Positions 1-9,253 of a DNA stretch of 59,329 nucleotides are shown here, in pieces (within the stretch, counting starts at the first letter, position 1; each line of letters begins with the position of its first letter). The DNA lies in NCBI GenBank assembly GCA_964547575.1, contig CAZJOH010000002.1, forward strand, positions 1 through 59,329, given 5' to 3'. Made by a program: the position numbers and the translations under genes. Source of the DNA: an uncultured Clostridium sp. (GTDB taxonomy: Bacteria > Bacillota > Clostridia > Oscillospirales > Acutalibacteraceae). The notes beneath the pieces were generated by a model. It had not been told where the DNA came from, made no database searches, and saw nothing but the letters and a program-made list of their open reading frames with translations.

Positions 1-294
1 CCCTATTTTGATTTCGGACTTTCACTTTTATCTGACACAAACGATTATCCGATTGGTGCGGATATTTACGATTGCATTTCAAAAGTAAAGGCAAAACCGT
101 TTGACACAGATTTCGATTTGCAGATGGATTCTGCGGAAGAACTCTACGGCATTCAGCTTGAAATAAATTTCACGGATAATGATATTATCAATGCCGTCGA
201 TGAGTGCAAAGAATATTACGATGAAGCAACCCGCAACCGTGTGAAAAATATTCTTCTTGCGAGAAGAAATAAGTTTAAATATCTGATAAAATAA
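1..294 (+). CDS. 3' fragment of a HipA/CtkA-like kinase (truncated by window edge)
   Basis: Frame 1 is open from base 1 to TAA at 292-294 (PYFDFGLSLLSDTNDY...KFKYLIK*). PxFDxGxSL resembles the metal-binding motif of HipA-like kinases. Not in the ORF track. Confidence 0.55.
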   Translation, partial: PYFDFGLSLLSDTNDYPIGADIYDCISKVKAKPFDTDFDLQMDSAEELYGIQLEINFTDNDIINAVDECKEYYDEATRNRVKNILLARRNKFKYLIK

Positions 295-306
295 AGATTT
301 ATCAAG

Positions 307-346
307 ACCTTGAGCTCTTAATTGAGTTCAAGGTTTTTTCTTTTTT
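307..346 (+). terminator. Intrinsic terminator
   Basis: ACCTTGAGCTC-ttaatt-GAGTTCAAGGT hairpin followed by a T-run. Confidence 0.8.
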
Positions 347-426
347 AAAATGTCCTGCTCAGAAAGCATGATCGGATTTGATTTCTTACATTCTTTCCAT
401 AGGTTACGGAAAAATTCTTTTCTGAA

Positions 427-459
427 GTCCTGAAAAAGGGACACCAAAGATGATATTTT
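427..459 (+). promoter_or_regulatory. Putative WYL-box promoter of the helicase gene
   Basis: GTCC-tgaaaaag-GGAC, 11 bp, then TATTTT with an upstream TG; same geometry at four other promoters. Confidence 0.6.
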
Positions 460-480
460 TAATATGAGGTGATATAACTT

Positions 481-3267
481 ATGGATTATTTATCTTTGCT
501 TAACGAAAAGCAGCTTGAGGCAGTACAGACAACAGAGGGATATTTAAGAGTTATTGCAGGCGCAGGAAGTGGAAAAACAAAGCTGCTTGTCAGCAGATAT
601 GCCTATCTTGTCAAGGAGTACGGCATCGACCCTGCAAACATTCTTTGCGTTACATTCACCAACAAAGCGGCAGGAGAAATGAAGAGAAGAGTGCGTGCTT
701 TGATCGGTCAGGAATATGACACGTCTCTGATATGTACTTATCACGGCTTCTGTGTCAGAGTACTCCGTGAGGATATTGAGAAAGTATTCTATCCCAAGGA
801 GTTTCAGATTATTGATAACGCCCAGCAGAAGGCGATTCTCGGTGAAATTTATCAGCGTTTTGAACTCAAACTGGATCATGCCAGCTTTGAAAAAATTCTC
901 AAGCTGATTGCTTTCAAGAAATCGGACAGAAAATATGTTGAGAAAATGTGCTGCACCGACAAATATCAGATTCTTCCTGAAATAAACGACATAGATGACA
1001 GAATTGTTGAAGAATTCCTTCAGCATCAGAAAAAAGTCTATGCAATGGATTTCAATGATCTGATGTATTTCACTCTTGATATTTTTTGCCGTTTTCCCGA
1101 AGTGCTTGAAAAATGGCAGGACAAGCTCAACTACATTCAGGTTGACGAATTTCAGGACAGTTCTTCAACCGAAATGGAACTCATTGATTTGCTTTCGGGC
1201 AAACACAAAAACCTGATGATAGTCGGCGACCCCGACCAGAATATATATGAATGGCGTGGCTCTGAAGTCGGATTGCTTGTCGATTTCGATAAAACGCACA
1301 TTCCCACCAAAACGGTGTTTCTTAATCAGAATTACCGTTCAACACCGCAGATTCTTAATTGTGCTAACACCCTGATTGAGAAAAACAGATTCCGTCTCAA
1401 GAAAGATTTGTTCACAAAAAGCGGTGACGGGGACCGTGTATTTCATTTTCATATGAACAACGAGTATGCAGAGGCAGACAAAATCATCGAAACAATTCAG
1501 TCGGTCAGAAAACGCACGGACTGCAAGTTTGCCGATTTTGCTGTGCTTTACCGCTCGGGCTTCCTTTCCCGTGTTATTGAAAAGAAGTTTACCGAAAACG
1601 GAATACCCTATGAGATTTACGGAGGTGTGAAATTCTATCACCGAATGGAAATTCAGGATATTCTCGCTTATCTGCGATTGGTTGCGTTTGATGATGACCT
1701 GTCTTTCAAAAGAATAATCAATACTCCCCGCCGCAAATTCGGCAGAGCAAAGATGCAGCATCTTCAACTTTTGCGGAAAGACGGAAAATCGTTTTATGAA
1801 ACCCTTAAGGAGAATATCGGCGACCCCGTATTCAGAAAAAGCGGAGCTGCAGAATTTGTTGAAATGATTGAAAACCTCCGCAAAAATCAGAATGAGTTGC
1901 CTCTTTCGGAGTGTATAGAAGAAGTCTGTGCTCAAAGCGGTTATGAAAAATATATCCGTGAGCTCGGAGATATGGAGCGCTTTGAAAACCTCTCTGAATT
2001 CAAGCGCATTGCATTTGAATATGAAAACAATTTCGGCGAAAAGGTTTCGCTCAAGGAGTTTATCAATCAGATTTCTTTGCAGTCGGAGGATAACGGCGAA
2101 ACCGACTGCGATATGGTAAAGCTTATGACAATTCATTCGGCAAAGGGCCTTGAATTTCCGTATGTTTTTGTTATCGGTTTTTCAGAAGGCATTTTTCCAT
2201 CATCAAAAACCATTGAAGAACGCAAGGAATACGGACTTGAAGAAGAAAGAAGGCTCTGCTATGTTGCTATAACCAGAGCAGAAAAGCGTCTTTTCCTTCT
2301 GGACAGTGAGGGTTACACACAAAACGGAAAAGAAAAGCTGCCGTCAAGATTTCTCAAAGAAATCGGCGAAGATAATTATGTCCGTGTCGGTACTATTTCC
2401 AAAGAATTGCAGGAGAGCGCAGATGCCTATGCGGCAACCCTTTGCGGAGAACCGATTACCAGAAGTGTAAAAGAAATAGGCGATACGGTTACGCATCCTG
2501 CTTTCGGAGAAGGCAAGATAGTCGGATACGGCAAAAACAAAAACAGCTATCGCATTAAATTCGATAAACTGTCAAGTGAACGTGATATTTCTGCCGACTT
2601 CTTCAGCAAGCCGAGAAATCTTCCCATAATCAGGCACAGTCCTGCAACCGAAGAAGTAAAATCAGAGCCGCCAAAAGCAGAAGAAACAACACCCGACGGA
2701 TACAAAAAGGTTGAAGAAACGAAAGTCCCCGAATACAAAGCAACATCTTCTTCGCAACTTCAACTCGAACCTAAAAAAGAAGCACCAAACCTCTCCGAGT
2801 ACGAAAACCTCTGGAAGCGTGACGATGTACCCAAAACAGGCTGGGTGTGCTTGGGTGTAATCGATTTGGGAGCGCCCGTCGGTGTATGTGAAATGTGCGG
2901 CCATCAGATAATCCGATATGTTCACAGAATGCATCATCCCGATTACGGAACGCTCGGTGTCGGTTGTGTGTGCGCAGGTAAAATGGAAGGAAATCCCGAA
3001 AGAGCAAAACAGCGTGAACAGGATTTCAAAAACAAAGAATCACGCAAAGAAAACTTCCGAAACAGAAAATGGAAAACCTCCAAAAATAACAACAGCTACA
3101 TAAAAATCAAAGACCATCTGATTGTTCTTTATTATAACAAATCCTATGACAACTGGAAGTATTCCATCGATAATAGGTTCTGCAAAGAAGTTTTTGAAAC
3201 ACGTGACGAAGCAATGGATGCAGCGTTTGAAGCTTTGGAAACGCTTCTTTCGAAGCAAGTAAAATAA
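481..3267 (+). CDS. UvrD/PcrA-family SF1A helicase with Tudor-like domain and extra C-terminal Cys/His domain
   Basis: AGAGSGKT Walker A, VDEFQD, VGDPDQNIY, NYRS, MTIHSAKGLEF, YVAITRA; GDTVTHPAFGEG Tudor-like segment; CEMC...H...GCVC tail. Confidence 0.93.
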   Translation: MDYLSLLNEKQLEAVQTTEGYLRVIAGAGSGKTKLLVSRYAYLVKEYGIDPANILCVTFTNKAAGEMKRRVRALIGQEYDTSLICTYHGFCVRVLREDIEKVFYPKEFQIIDNAQQKAILGEIYQRFELKLDHASFEKILKLIAFKKSDRKYVEKMCCTDKYQILPEINDIDDRIVEEFLQHQKKVYAMDFNDLMYFTLDIFCRFPEVLEKWQDKLNYIQVDEFQDSSSTEMELIDLLSGKHKNLMIVGDPDQNIYEWRGSEVGLLVDFDKTHIPTKTVFLNQNYRSTPQILNCANTLIEKNRFRLKKDLFTKSGDGDRVFHFHMNNEYAEADKIIETIQSVRKRTDCKFADFAVLYRSGFLSRVIEKKFTENGIPYEIYGGVKFYHRMEIQDILAYLRLVAFDDDLSFKRIINTPRRKFGRAKMQHLQLLRKDGKSFYETLKENIGDPVFRKSGAAEFVEMIENLRKNQNELPLSECIEEVCAQSGYEKYIRELGDMERFENLSEFKRIAFEYENNFGEKVSLKEFINQISLQSEDNGETDCDMVKLMTIHSAKGLEFPYVFVIGFSEGIFPSSKTIEERKEYGLEEERRLCYVAITRAEKRLFLLDSEGYTQNGKEKLPSRFLKEIGEDNYVRVGTISKELQESADAYAATLCGEPITRSVKEIGDTVTHPAFGEGKIVGYGKNKNSYRIKFDKLSSERDISADFFSKPRNLPIIRHSPATEEVKSEPPKAEETTPDGYKKVEETKVPEYKATSSSQLQLEPKKEAPNLSEYENLWKRDDVPKTGWVCLGVIDLGAPVGVCEMCGHQIIRYVHRMHHPDYGTLGVGCVCAGKMEGNPERAKQREQDFKNKESRKENFRNRKWKTSKNNNSYIKIKDHLIVLYYNKSYDNWKYSIDNRFCKEVFETRDEAMDAAFEALETLLSKQVK

Positions 3268-3362
3268 AACCAAAGTGAAATCACAAGAATTGAAGCAAGG
3301 ACGCTTTACAAATCCGCAGAAAAATAATATTATAAGAATATATCACACAAGGGGTATTTATT

Positions 3363-4259
3363 ATGGCATTGTCGTTAGATGATAAGTTGGTTATCGGCGT
3401 TTCATCGAGGGCGCTTTTTGACCTTGAAGAAGAAAACAGAATATTTGAGGAACAGGGACTTGAGGCGTATTCAAAATATCAGACCGAACATGAGAACGAT
3501 ATCCTCAAACCGGGCACGGCATTTCCGCTTGTCAAGGCATTACAGAAGCTCAACGCCGACGGCAGATACCTGACAGAGATTATCATTATGTCCAAAAACA
3601 GTTCCGACACAAGCCTGCGTATTTTCAATTCCATTGAGCATTACGGACTTGATATCAGCCGTGCGGCTTTGGTTGGCGGTGCATCGATTTCGCCCTATCT
3701 CGGTGCGTTCAAAACGGATTTATTCCTTTCCGCAAACGAAAATGATGTTCAGGAAGCAATCAACGCAAACATTGCGTCAGGTATTATCTGCGACCACTCA
3801 AATCTGCCTATAAATCCCGATGATGAGATACCGCAAATCCGAATTGCATTCGACGGTGATGCGGTTATATTCTCCGATGAATCCGAAAGGATTTTTCAAG
3901 CGGAAGGCTTGATGGCATTTGAAGAACACGAAAAAATGAATGCACAGAATCCTCTGCCTGAAGGACCTTTTGCAAAGCTTCTCAAAACACTTTCGCTTAT
4001 TCAAAAGCAATTCCCCAAAGACGAATCGCCAATCCGTACCGCACTCGTTACCGCAAGAAACGCTCCCGCACACGAAAGAGTCATCCGAACTCTGCGTGCG
4101 TGGGATGTTCGCATTGATGAGGTTTTCTTCCTTGGTGGAATCAAGAAAAGCGAAGTTCTCAAAGCGTTCAACGCCAACATATTCTTCGATGACCAGGCAA
4201 CCCACACCGACCCCGCATCAAAGCTTGTCCCGTCCGCAAGAGTACCGTATAAGAAATGA
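3363..4259 (+). CDS. 5'-nucleotidase (cN-I-like HAD family)
   Basis: IGVSSRALFDL, IRIAFDGDAVIFSDESE, TALVTARNAPAHERVIRTL, IFFDDQ. Confidence 0.9.
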   Translation: MALSLDDKLVIGVSSRALFDLEEENRIFEEQGLEAYSKYQTEHENDILKPGTAFPLVKALQKLNADGRYLTEIIIMSKNSSDTSLRIFNSIEHYGLDISRAALVGGASISPYLGAFKTDLFLSANENDVQEAINANIASGIICDHSNLPINPDDEIPQIRIAFDGDAVIFSDESERIFQAEGLMAFEEHEKMNAQNPLPEGPFAKLLKTLSLIQKQFPKDESPIRTALVTARNAPAHERVIRTLRAWDVRIDEVFFLGGIKKSEVLKAFNANIFFDDQATHTDPASKLVPSARVPYKK

Positions 4260-4264
4260 AAAAT

Positions 4265-4295
4265 GCCTGCAACGGTTTGTTGCAGGCTGTTTTTT
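4265..4295. terminator. Terminator hairpin between convergent genes
   Basis: GCCTGCAAC-ggttt-GTTGCAGGC followed by Ts. Confidence 0.7.
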
Positions 4296-5571
4296 ATGAC
4301 TTTTTCATCTCGTTTATTTTACACTTAAAAAATTGCAATGGATAGTTTTCTGCAAAATACTGTGTCCTGTAAATTTCCATTGCTTCGGCAATCAGACTAT
4401 GTTTATTCTGCAGAAAATGATTGTTATCAATCAACTCAATATGCCATTCGTCCCAGTAACGTGTTTCTATATACGAAGGCAGTAAGGCCGACGCTCTTGT
4501 TTTGTATGGATTTATCGGTTTAATTATTCTTTTGATTTCGGCATTGTTTAGATTGATGTTATGCAAGTATTCAATCAATTTCTCAATACAATACGGTATT
4601 TCTTTTACGTTTTCTTTTACACAATAAAAGCCGGAATCAGGTTCGTTAAGCCAACGCAAAAAAATATCATAAGATTTGTAAGAAACCTCAGGCAATATTT
4701 TTGTTAATCCCAAACGGCACATAAATTCAGAAAAACAAGTTGCTTTTTCAATCATATAAAAATCCTGCGGTAATTTTATGAAATTCATCACAAGAGAATT
4801 ATTGTCAAGAACATCTTCCTCATAATGATAAAATGAGCTGTATATCTGCGGATTGTTAAATTTTATTGACGGTAAGTCCGTATTTGTTGTATGCGATAGT
4901 AAGGAAAAGTCTGCAAGCGGTTGATAATCACTTAAAATGAGAATTCCGAACGGAACATCTTCGGTAAAGCAGTCTTCAGGCAGTCTGTGATTCGACGGAA
5001 AAACCGACAGCGAATATCTGAGTTTATGGCAAATGTTGTCCGGGTCAACATATTTCAGATTTTCGATTTTTAAATCCTTGAATTTTTCTTTGAGATGAGT
5101 AATAATCTCATCCCTGAATTCTGATTTGACAGGAATATCAACAGAATGAACGTCATCTTCAATTTCGGTCAGGTTGTGACCGTCACCTTGCATCATTTTA
5201 TTGCAAAACGGACATTCTTTATCAGGCAAATCAAAGCCGTCGGGATATTCTTCGCTGTTTACTGATTCAAAATTACCGCAAATACATTTATAATGAACGG
5301 GCAAAGGATTAACTTCTGTTATGCCGAGATAATAAGCAAGCAAATAAAATTTTGATGAGAAACCGCAGCCGTATGGAATTCCATTGGTTTTGCAGTAATT
5401 GATAACCTCGTGTGCCGCAAGGAAAAGCAAATAACTTTTTGCATAAACAGCATTGCATATTTCCGTCTCTGTTCTTTCGTGCATACCTTGAATATCGCTG
5501 ATTTTGTATTTCTTTTTTGATTTGTCACGACAGAGCGTTGTAAATTCTTTTGAATAATTGATTCCTGACAT
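4294..5571 (-). CDS. Degenerate PolC (DNA polymerase III alpha)-derived protein, about 425 aa
   Basis: GITEVNPLPVHYKC...GFDLPDKECPFC...DGH matches the PolC zinc-finger region; catalytic motifs are absent. Start reassigned to ATG 5571 behind RBS GGAAGGTGA. Confidence 0.7.
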   Translation of the reverse strand: MSGINYSKEFTTLCRDKSKKKYKISDIQGMHERTETEICNAVYAKSYLLFLAAHEVINYCKTNGIPYGCGFSSKFYLLAYYLGITEVNPLPVHYKCICGNFESVNSEEYPDGFDLPDKECPFCNKMMQGDGHNLTEIEDDVHSVDIPVKSEFRDEIITHLKEKFKDLKIENLKYVDPDNICHKLRYSLSVFPSNHRLPEDCFTEDVPFGILILSDYQPLADFSLLSHTTNTDLPSIKFNNPQIYSSFYHYEEDVLDNNSLVMNFIKLPQDFYMIEKATCFSEFMCRLGLTKILPEVSYKSYDIFLRWLNEPDSGFYCVKENVKEIPYCIEKLIEYLHNINLNNAEIKRIIKPINPYKTRASALLPSYIETRYWDEWHIELIDNNHFLQNKHSLIAEAMEIYRTQYFAENYPLQFFKCKINEMKKS

Positions 5572-5647
5572 AGATATCACCTTCCGAAAATAATAACCAT
5601 CTCTTGAGGTAAGAATACCAAAAGAGATGGTCTTTTTTCGGTGCATA

Positions 5648-5794
5648 TCAGACTTTGACGATATACATAATTCTGACGGTCTGTCCTGCGTACATGCTTC
5701 TGACGAGTTTTTCTGCTTCATGTGCACCCGTTGCGGAAACAATCGGCTCCGAATGCACGTTGTTAATCTGGCAAACAACCTTCCATCTGTTCAA
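5648..5794 (-). CDS. 48-aa small hypothetical protein
   Basis: RBS GGAGGTGA, TTG start, MNRWKVVCQINNVHSEPIVSATGAHEAEKLVRSMYAGQTVRIMYIVKV*, followed by an ACCATCTCT/AGAGATGGT hairpin. Confidence 0.55.
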   Translation of the reverse strand: MNRWKVVCQINNVHSEPIVSATGAHEAEKLVRSMYAGQTVRIMYIVKV

Positions 5795-5860
5795 AAAATC
5801 ACCTCCCGTTACTTTGTAAATACATTGTAACAGGAGGCGTGGGTTGTTTTAGGGAGATGA

Positions 5861-6874
5861 TTAAATAATATGTGGGAGGGTGCTTATTCCTAAATCAATC
5901 AGTGTTTGGGGACAAAGTTTTGGAATGTTTTCATATATCCATTCAACGAGTTCGTTGCCATCAATAATGCCTATCCCTGCATATTCAGCGTGTGCTTTTG
6001 CTTCTTTAGAAGGTACTGCACTTGTTACAAAAATCGGAATTATATTATTATCATATTTCTCTTTTGCAAGTTCAAGTTGAGTTATACCCCAATCGCCGCT
6101 TGTGCCTATATGATGCTTGATTTGTGTTATTATTTTTATTTCAGAGAACTTATCGGTTTTTATTGCTTCTACATCAACATCGCCAAATCCTTTTATAACA
6201 TTTTTACCACATACACGTGCAGTATATCCTTCACATTCAAACAATTCTTTTACTAACGTTTCTAAGCCAATGCCACCTGTTTTTAGGTGTGTATTACCTG
6301 TTTGTATTCTGTTGAGCAACTCCTTTTTGAATTCACTGGCATTATTGATTTGTTTATCTTTTATTTCATCGTAAAAAGAATATTTTTCATATTTCATTAT
6401 TTTTTCTATTTCTTCACAAAATTCGGAAAGATCAGAAACGGTAGAACCTCTGACTCTTAAACGTCTTTGGAAAGCTTCCGAAAGCTCATCTCTCGGGATT
6501 GTTAATAACCCTTCTTTATTTGAGATATATTTAACATTAAGCTGATTTGCTAATTCACAATCTTTTGAAAAACTAAAAGTTTCACCGGCAATCGCAATGC
6601 GAATATAGCTGTAATAAGGAGCTATGATTACATCGCCCTTCTTTATATTTAAAAATCTCCTGATTTCATTAAGCTTTTTGCCGGTTGTTTGAGGACTTGT
6701 ATTTTGATAATAGTATTTTTTAACTTCATCTAAAAGAGTTTGTTCTGAACCATTTAAATAAGAAGTAAAATCAAACTCTTTCCAACCTACCGCAACAACT
6801 CCTTTAACAAACAATGATTCAAATTCATTTTCCGATAAAAACATTGCTCTTACCATATAATAATTTCTTTCCAT
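5861..6874 (-). CDS. Mrr-like (type IV) restriction endonuclease
   Basis: N-terminal VAVGW domain; C-terminal ETLVKELF...GY, GDVDV, QIKHH, IIDGNELVEWI; visibly AT-rich relative to neighbours. Confidence 0.8.
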   Translation of the reverse strand: MERNYYMVRAMFLSENEFESLFVKGVVAVGWKEFDFTSYLNGSEQTLLDEVKKYYYQNTSPQTTGKKLNEIRRFLNIKKGDVIIAPYYSYIRIAIAGETFSFSKDCELANQLNVKYISNKEGLLTIPRDELSEAFQRRLRVRGSTVSDLSEFCEEIEKIMKYEKYSFYDEIKDKQINNASEFKKELLNRIQTGNTHLKTGGIGLETLVKELFECEGYTARVCGKNVIKGFGDVDVEAIKTDKFSEIKIITQIKHHIGTSGDWGITQLELAKEKYDNNIIPIFVTSAVPSKEAKAHAEYAGIGIIDGNELVEWIYENIPKLCPQTLIDLGISTLPHII

Positions 6875-6912
6875 AGCTTTTTCTCCTTATCTAATGCGTT
6901 TTTCTGTTATTT

Positions 6913-7383
6913 TTAACTCTCCAAAACCTTAATCAAATCCGACAAATCGCCTTTGTTTATATCGTACACGTAGTTGTCATCCAATTCAATCCAGATATAA
7001 TCAAGCAATTCGTCTGCAGGTAAAATTCCGTCATCGTGCCACATAAAATCATTCACAGCTCCGTTAACCAAAAGACGGGCTGCAAGCTGCGAGGCACGAA
7101 AAACAATGTTTTCTGAATCTTCTGTGTATCTGTCCGCAGCATATTCCCGCATAAATCCGATAAGATACATCAGATGATTTGCTCCAAGTGCCTCTGAGTT
7201 TCCTATAACTTTTACCGTTTCAAGTGAATACATTTTTGCAAAAACTTCAAATGCGCCTCGCATTGCATCCGCAAACATATCTTCGTCAAGTTCTTCTTCG
7301 CCGAAAACATATGCATTGACATTGTCCAGAAGGTCAAGCCAGTTGTCTCTTGTTTCGTAAAACTTTTCCATAAATTCTTTCAT
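6913..7383 (-). CDS. Hypothetical acidic protein
   Basis: 156-aa ORF with RBS GAGGAG, co-oriented within the WYL operon. Confidence 0.7.
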   Translation of the reverse strand: MKEFMEKFYETRDNWLDLLDNVNAYVFGEEELDEDMFADAMRGAFEVFAKMYSLETVKVIGNSEALGANHLMYLIGFMREYAADRYTEDSENIVFRASQLAARLLVNGAVNDFMWHDDGILPADELLDYIWIELDDNYVYDINKGDLSDLIKVLES

Positions 7384-7399
7384 ATCAATTCTCCTCGTT

Positions 7400-8044
7400 T
7401 TATAAATTAAAATGCAGAGCGTTCAATTTTGTTCCTTCAAAAATTCCGTGTCCTTCTACGGGTATTCTTCTCGGCATTGTCACACGTTTTAATGAAACAC
7501 AATCAGAAAACAAACTATCACCAAGACGCAGAATATTTTGGGGGATATTTACTTCCTCAAGACTTTCACAGCCTGCGAAAGCGTTGTCGTCTATACGATA
7601 CAAACTTTCGGGCAGATTGATTTCTTTAAGATTACAGCAACCTGCAAAAGCAAAGGCTTCTATATGCACAAGACCTTCGGGCAGAACAACTTTTTCTAAA
7701 CTTTTGCAAGTGTCAAAAGTTGCTTCAGCAATGAATTTTATGTTTTCAGGTATAACAATTTCTTTGAGATTTGTGCAACCGATAAATGCGGAAGAATCGA
7801 TATATCTCAAGCTTGACGGCAGTTGAATATATTCCAAATTTACACAGTTTGCAAATGCACGGTAACCGATAATTTCTGTATCTTCGGGGATTCTTGCTTT
7901 TTTCAGCTTCGTAAAATCATTGTCAAAAGGATTATTCGAACCAACCTTTCTGCATCGAATCGGGAATACGTTTTCGGGATCCGTTCCGATGTACTTTGAA
8001 ACATTACCCATTTCATCAAATTCAAATAAATAATTTATTATCAT
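7400..8044 (-). CDS. BspA-type leucine-rich repeat (LRR_5) protein, no signal peptide
   Basis: About six 23-aa repeats of IxxxAFxxCxxLxxIxLPxxL. Confidence 0.9.
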   Translation of the reverse strand: MIINYLFEFDEMGNVSKYIGTDPENVFPIRCRKVGSNNPFDNDFTKLKKARIPEDTEIIGYRAFANCVNLEYIQLPSSLRYIDSSAFIGCTNLKEIVIPENIKFIAEATFDTCKSLEKVVLPEGLVHIEAFAFAGCCNLKEINLPESLYRIDDNAFAGCESLEEVNIPQNILRLGDSLFSDCVSLKRVTMPRRIPVEGHGIFEGTKLNALHFNL

Positions 8045-8054
8045 TTAGATATCC

Positions 8055-9116
8055 TCACTCTCCGTATTTCTCCACTGCTTTCTGCAGGGCGGTTTTAATT
8101 TCATTCACAAGACTTTCGGGGGATGTTACGGTGATATGCTCGCCGTACTGCATCGCCCAGAATTTCATTGCCATTTTGCTGACTCTGACTTCCGCCGTAA
8201 CCTCATCATCGGTTTCGTTGCTGAATTTAACATCCTTGCCGAACCAGTCAATAATTTCTGTAACAATATATTTCTTCGCTCTGAAAGTAACCTTCTCGGT
8301 CTTATCAGCAAACATATAAATATGCTCCGCCATGTGCTTCGGCAAATCAAGTCCGTTTTCAAGTCCGCTGACCTTTTTCATCGGTTTAATGGGAGTGTCA
8401 AGCAATCGGATATCCGTTATCCTGTCAAGGCGGTAGTTCGCCGCATTATCATATTTATCGTAGTTGCAGATGAGATAATACCTTCCGTTTGTTGCAACCA
8501 TCTGATAGGGGTTGACGATATATTCTCTCGGCTTTCCCTCGCTGTTTTTTCTGGGATACCGTTTTTTATCCGTACCCATATTATTATATCTGAAAGCGAC
8601 CTGTCTGCCCTTGCCGATTGCCTCGTCAAGAACTTCAATCGTATAGAAAAGCTCCTTGTTTTGCGGCATATTCTCGGGCAGATTGCGTATGTGCTTCACC
8701 TTGTTTCTGAAATACTTGTTTGAAAGCCCCTCGATTTTCTCAATAAGCTCCTTGCACTGCGAATAGGGAATGTGCTTTGAGAAAAGCAGGCTGTCAATCA
8801 GCAGACGAAGCTCCGCATCGGTAAAATCACGCACAAGATAGAAATCGGAAAGAATATAGCTTTCTTCAAGTTCGCCCTTTGAATTTTTGACCATTCGCAG
8901 AGCCTCGCTGTATTCAATTTCATATCCAAATTCAATCAGATTCATCAGATTTCGCTTGATTGCCTTGCGGTCAGCTTTCATTTCATATTCCGTTTCAAGA
9001 ATCTCAGTAATCTCTTTCTGACTCAGACGATGATCCTCGTCGGTATATTTTTTGAGAATATCAAGAATGTTGATTATGAGTAATTTTTTCGGCTGCATTG
9101 AGTCCATATCCGTCAC
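8055..9116 (-). CDS. WYL-domain transcriptional regulator (wHTH-WYL-WCX)
   Basis: N-terminal wHTH (ILKKYTDEDHRLSQKEI...DRKAIKRNL); WYL region (VNPYQMVATNGRYYL...YRLDRI); WCX (WAMQYGEHITVTSPESL). Confidence 0.92.
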   Translation of the reverse strand: MTDMDSMQPKKLLIINILDILKKYTDEDHRLSQKEITEILETEYEMKADRKAIKRNLMNLIEFGYEIEYSEALRMVKNSKGELEESYILSDFYLVRDFTDAELRLLIDSLLFSKHIPYSQCKELIEKIEGLSNKYFRNKVKHIRNLPENMPQNKELFYTIEVLDEAIGKGRQVAFRYNNMGTDKKRYPRKNSEGKPREYIVNPYQMVATNGRYYLICNYDKYDNAANYRLDRITDIRLLDTPIKPMKKVSGLENGLDLPKHMAEHIYMFADKTEKVTFRAKKYIVTEIIDWFGKDVKFSNETDDEVTAEVRVSKMAMKFWAMQYGEHITVTSPESLVNEIKTALQKAVEKYGE

Positions 9117-9128
9117 CTCGTGTTTATT

Positions 9129-9178
9129 CTATCATCATTGACACCATTATGCAATATTATATGGGGCTTTTTCGGGAC
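9129..9178 (-). promoter_or_regulatory. SigA-type promoter of the WYL gene with an adjacent degenerate WYL box
   Basis: Minus strand reads GTCC-cgaaaaag-cccc, then TTGCAT-N17-TAGAAT. Confidence 0.5.
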
Positions 9179-9253
9179 ATCTTGAGTAAACATTGCTGTT
9201 TCAAAAGAATAAGGGACTGTTTTTAATGAACAGCCCCTTATTTTCATTCATTT

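Noticed and set aside
3299..3333. GGAC upstream of the nucleotidase as a sixth WYL box
   Set aside because: No -10 hexamer at the 11-bp spacing; a conventional -35/-10 pair explains the region.
481..4259. Gabija-like system suggested by the UvrD helicase
   Set aside because: No adjacent OLD-family ATPase/TOPRIM nuclease (GajA); the helicase is full-length PcrA-like.
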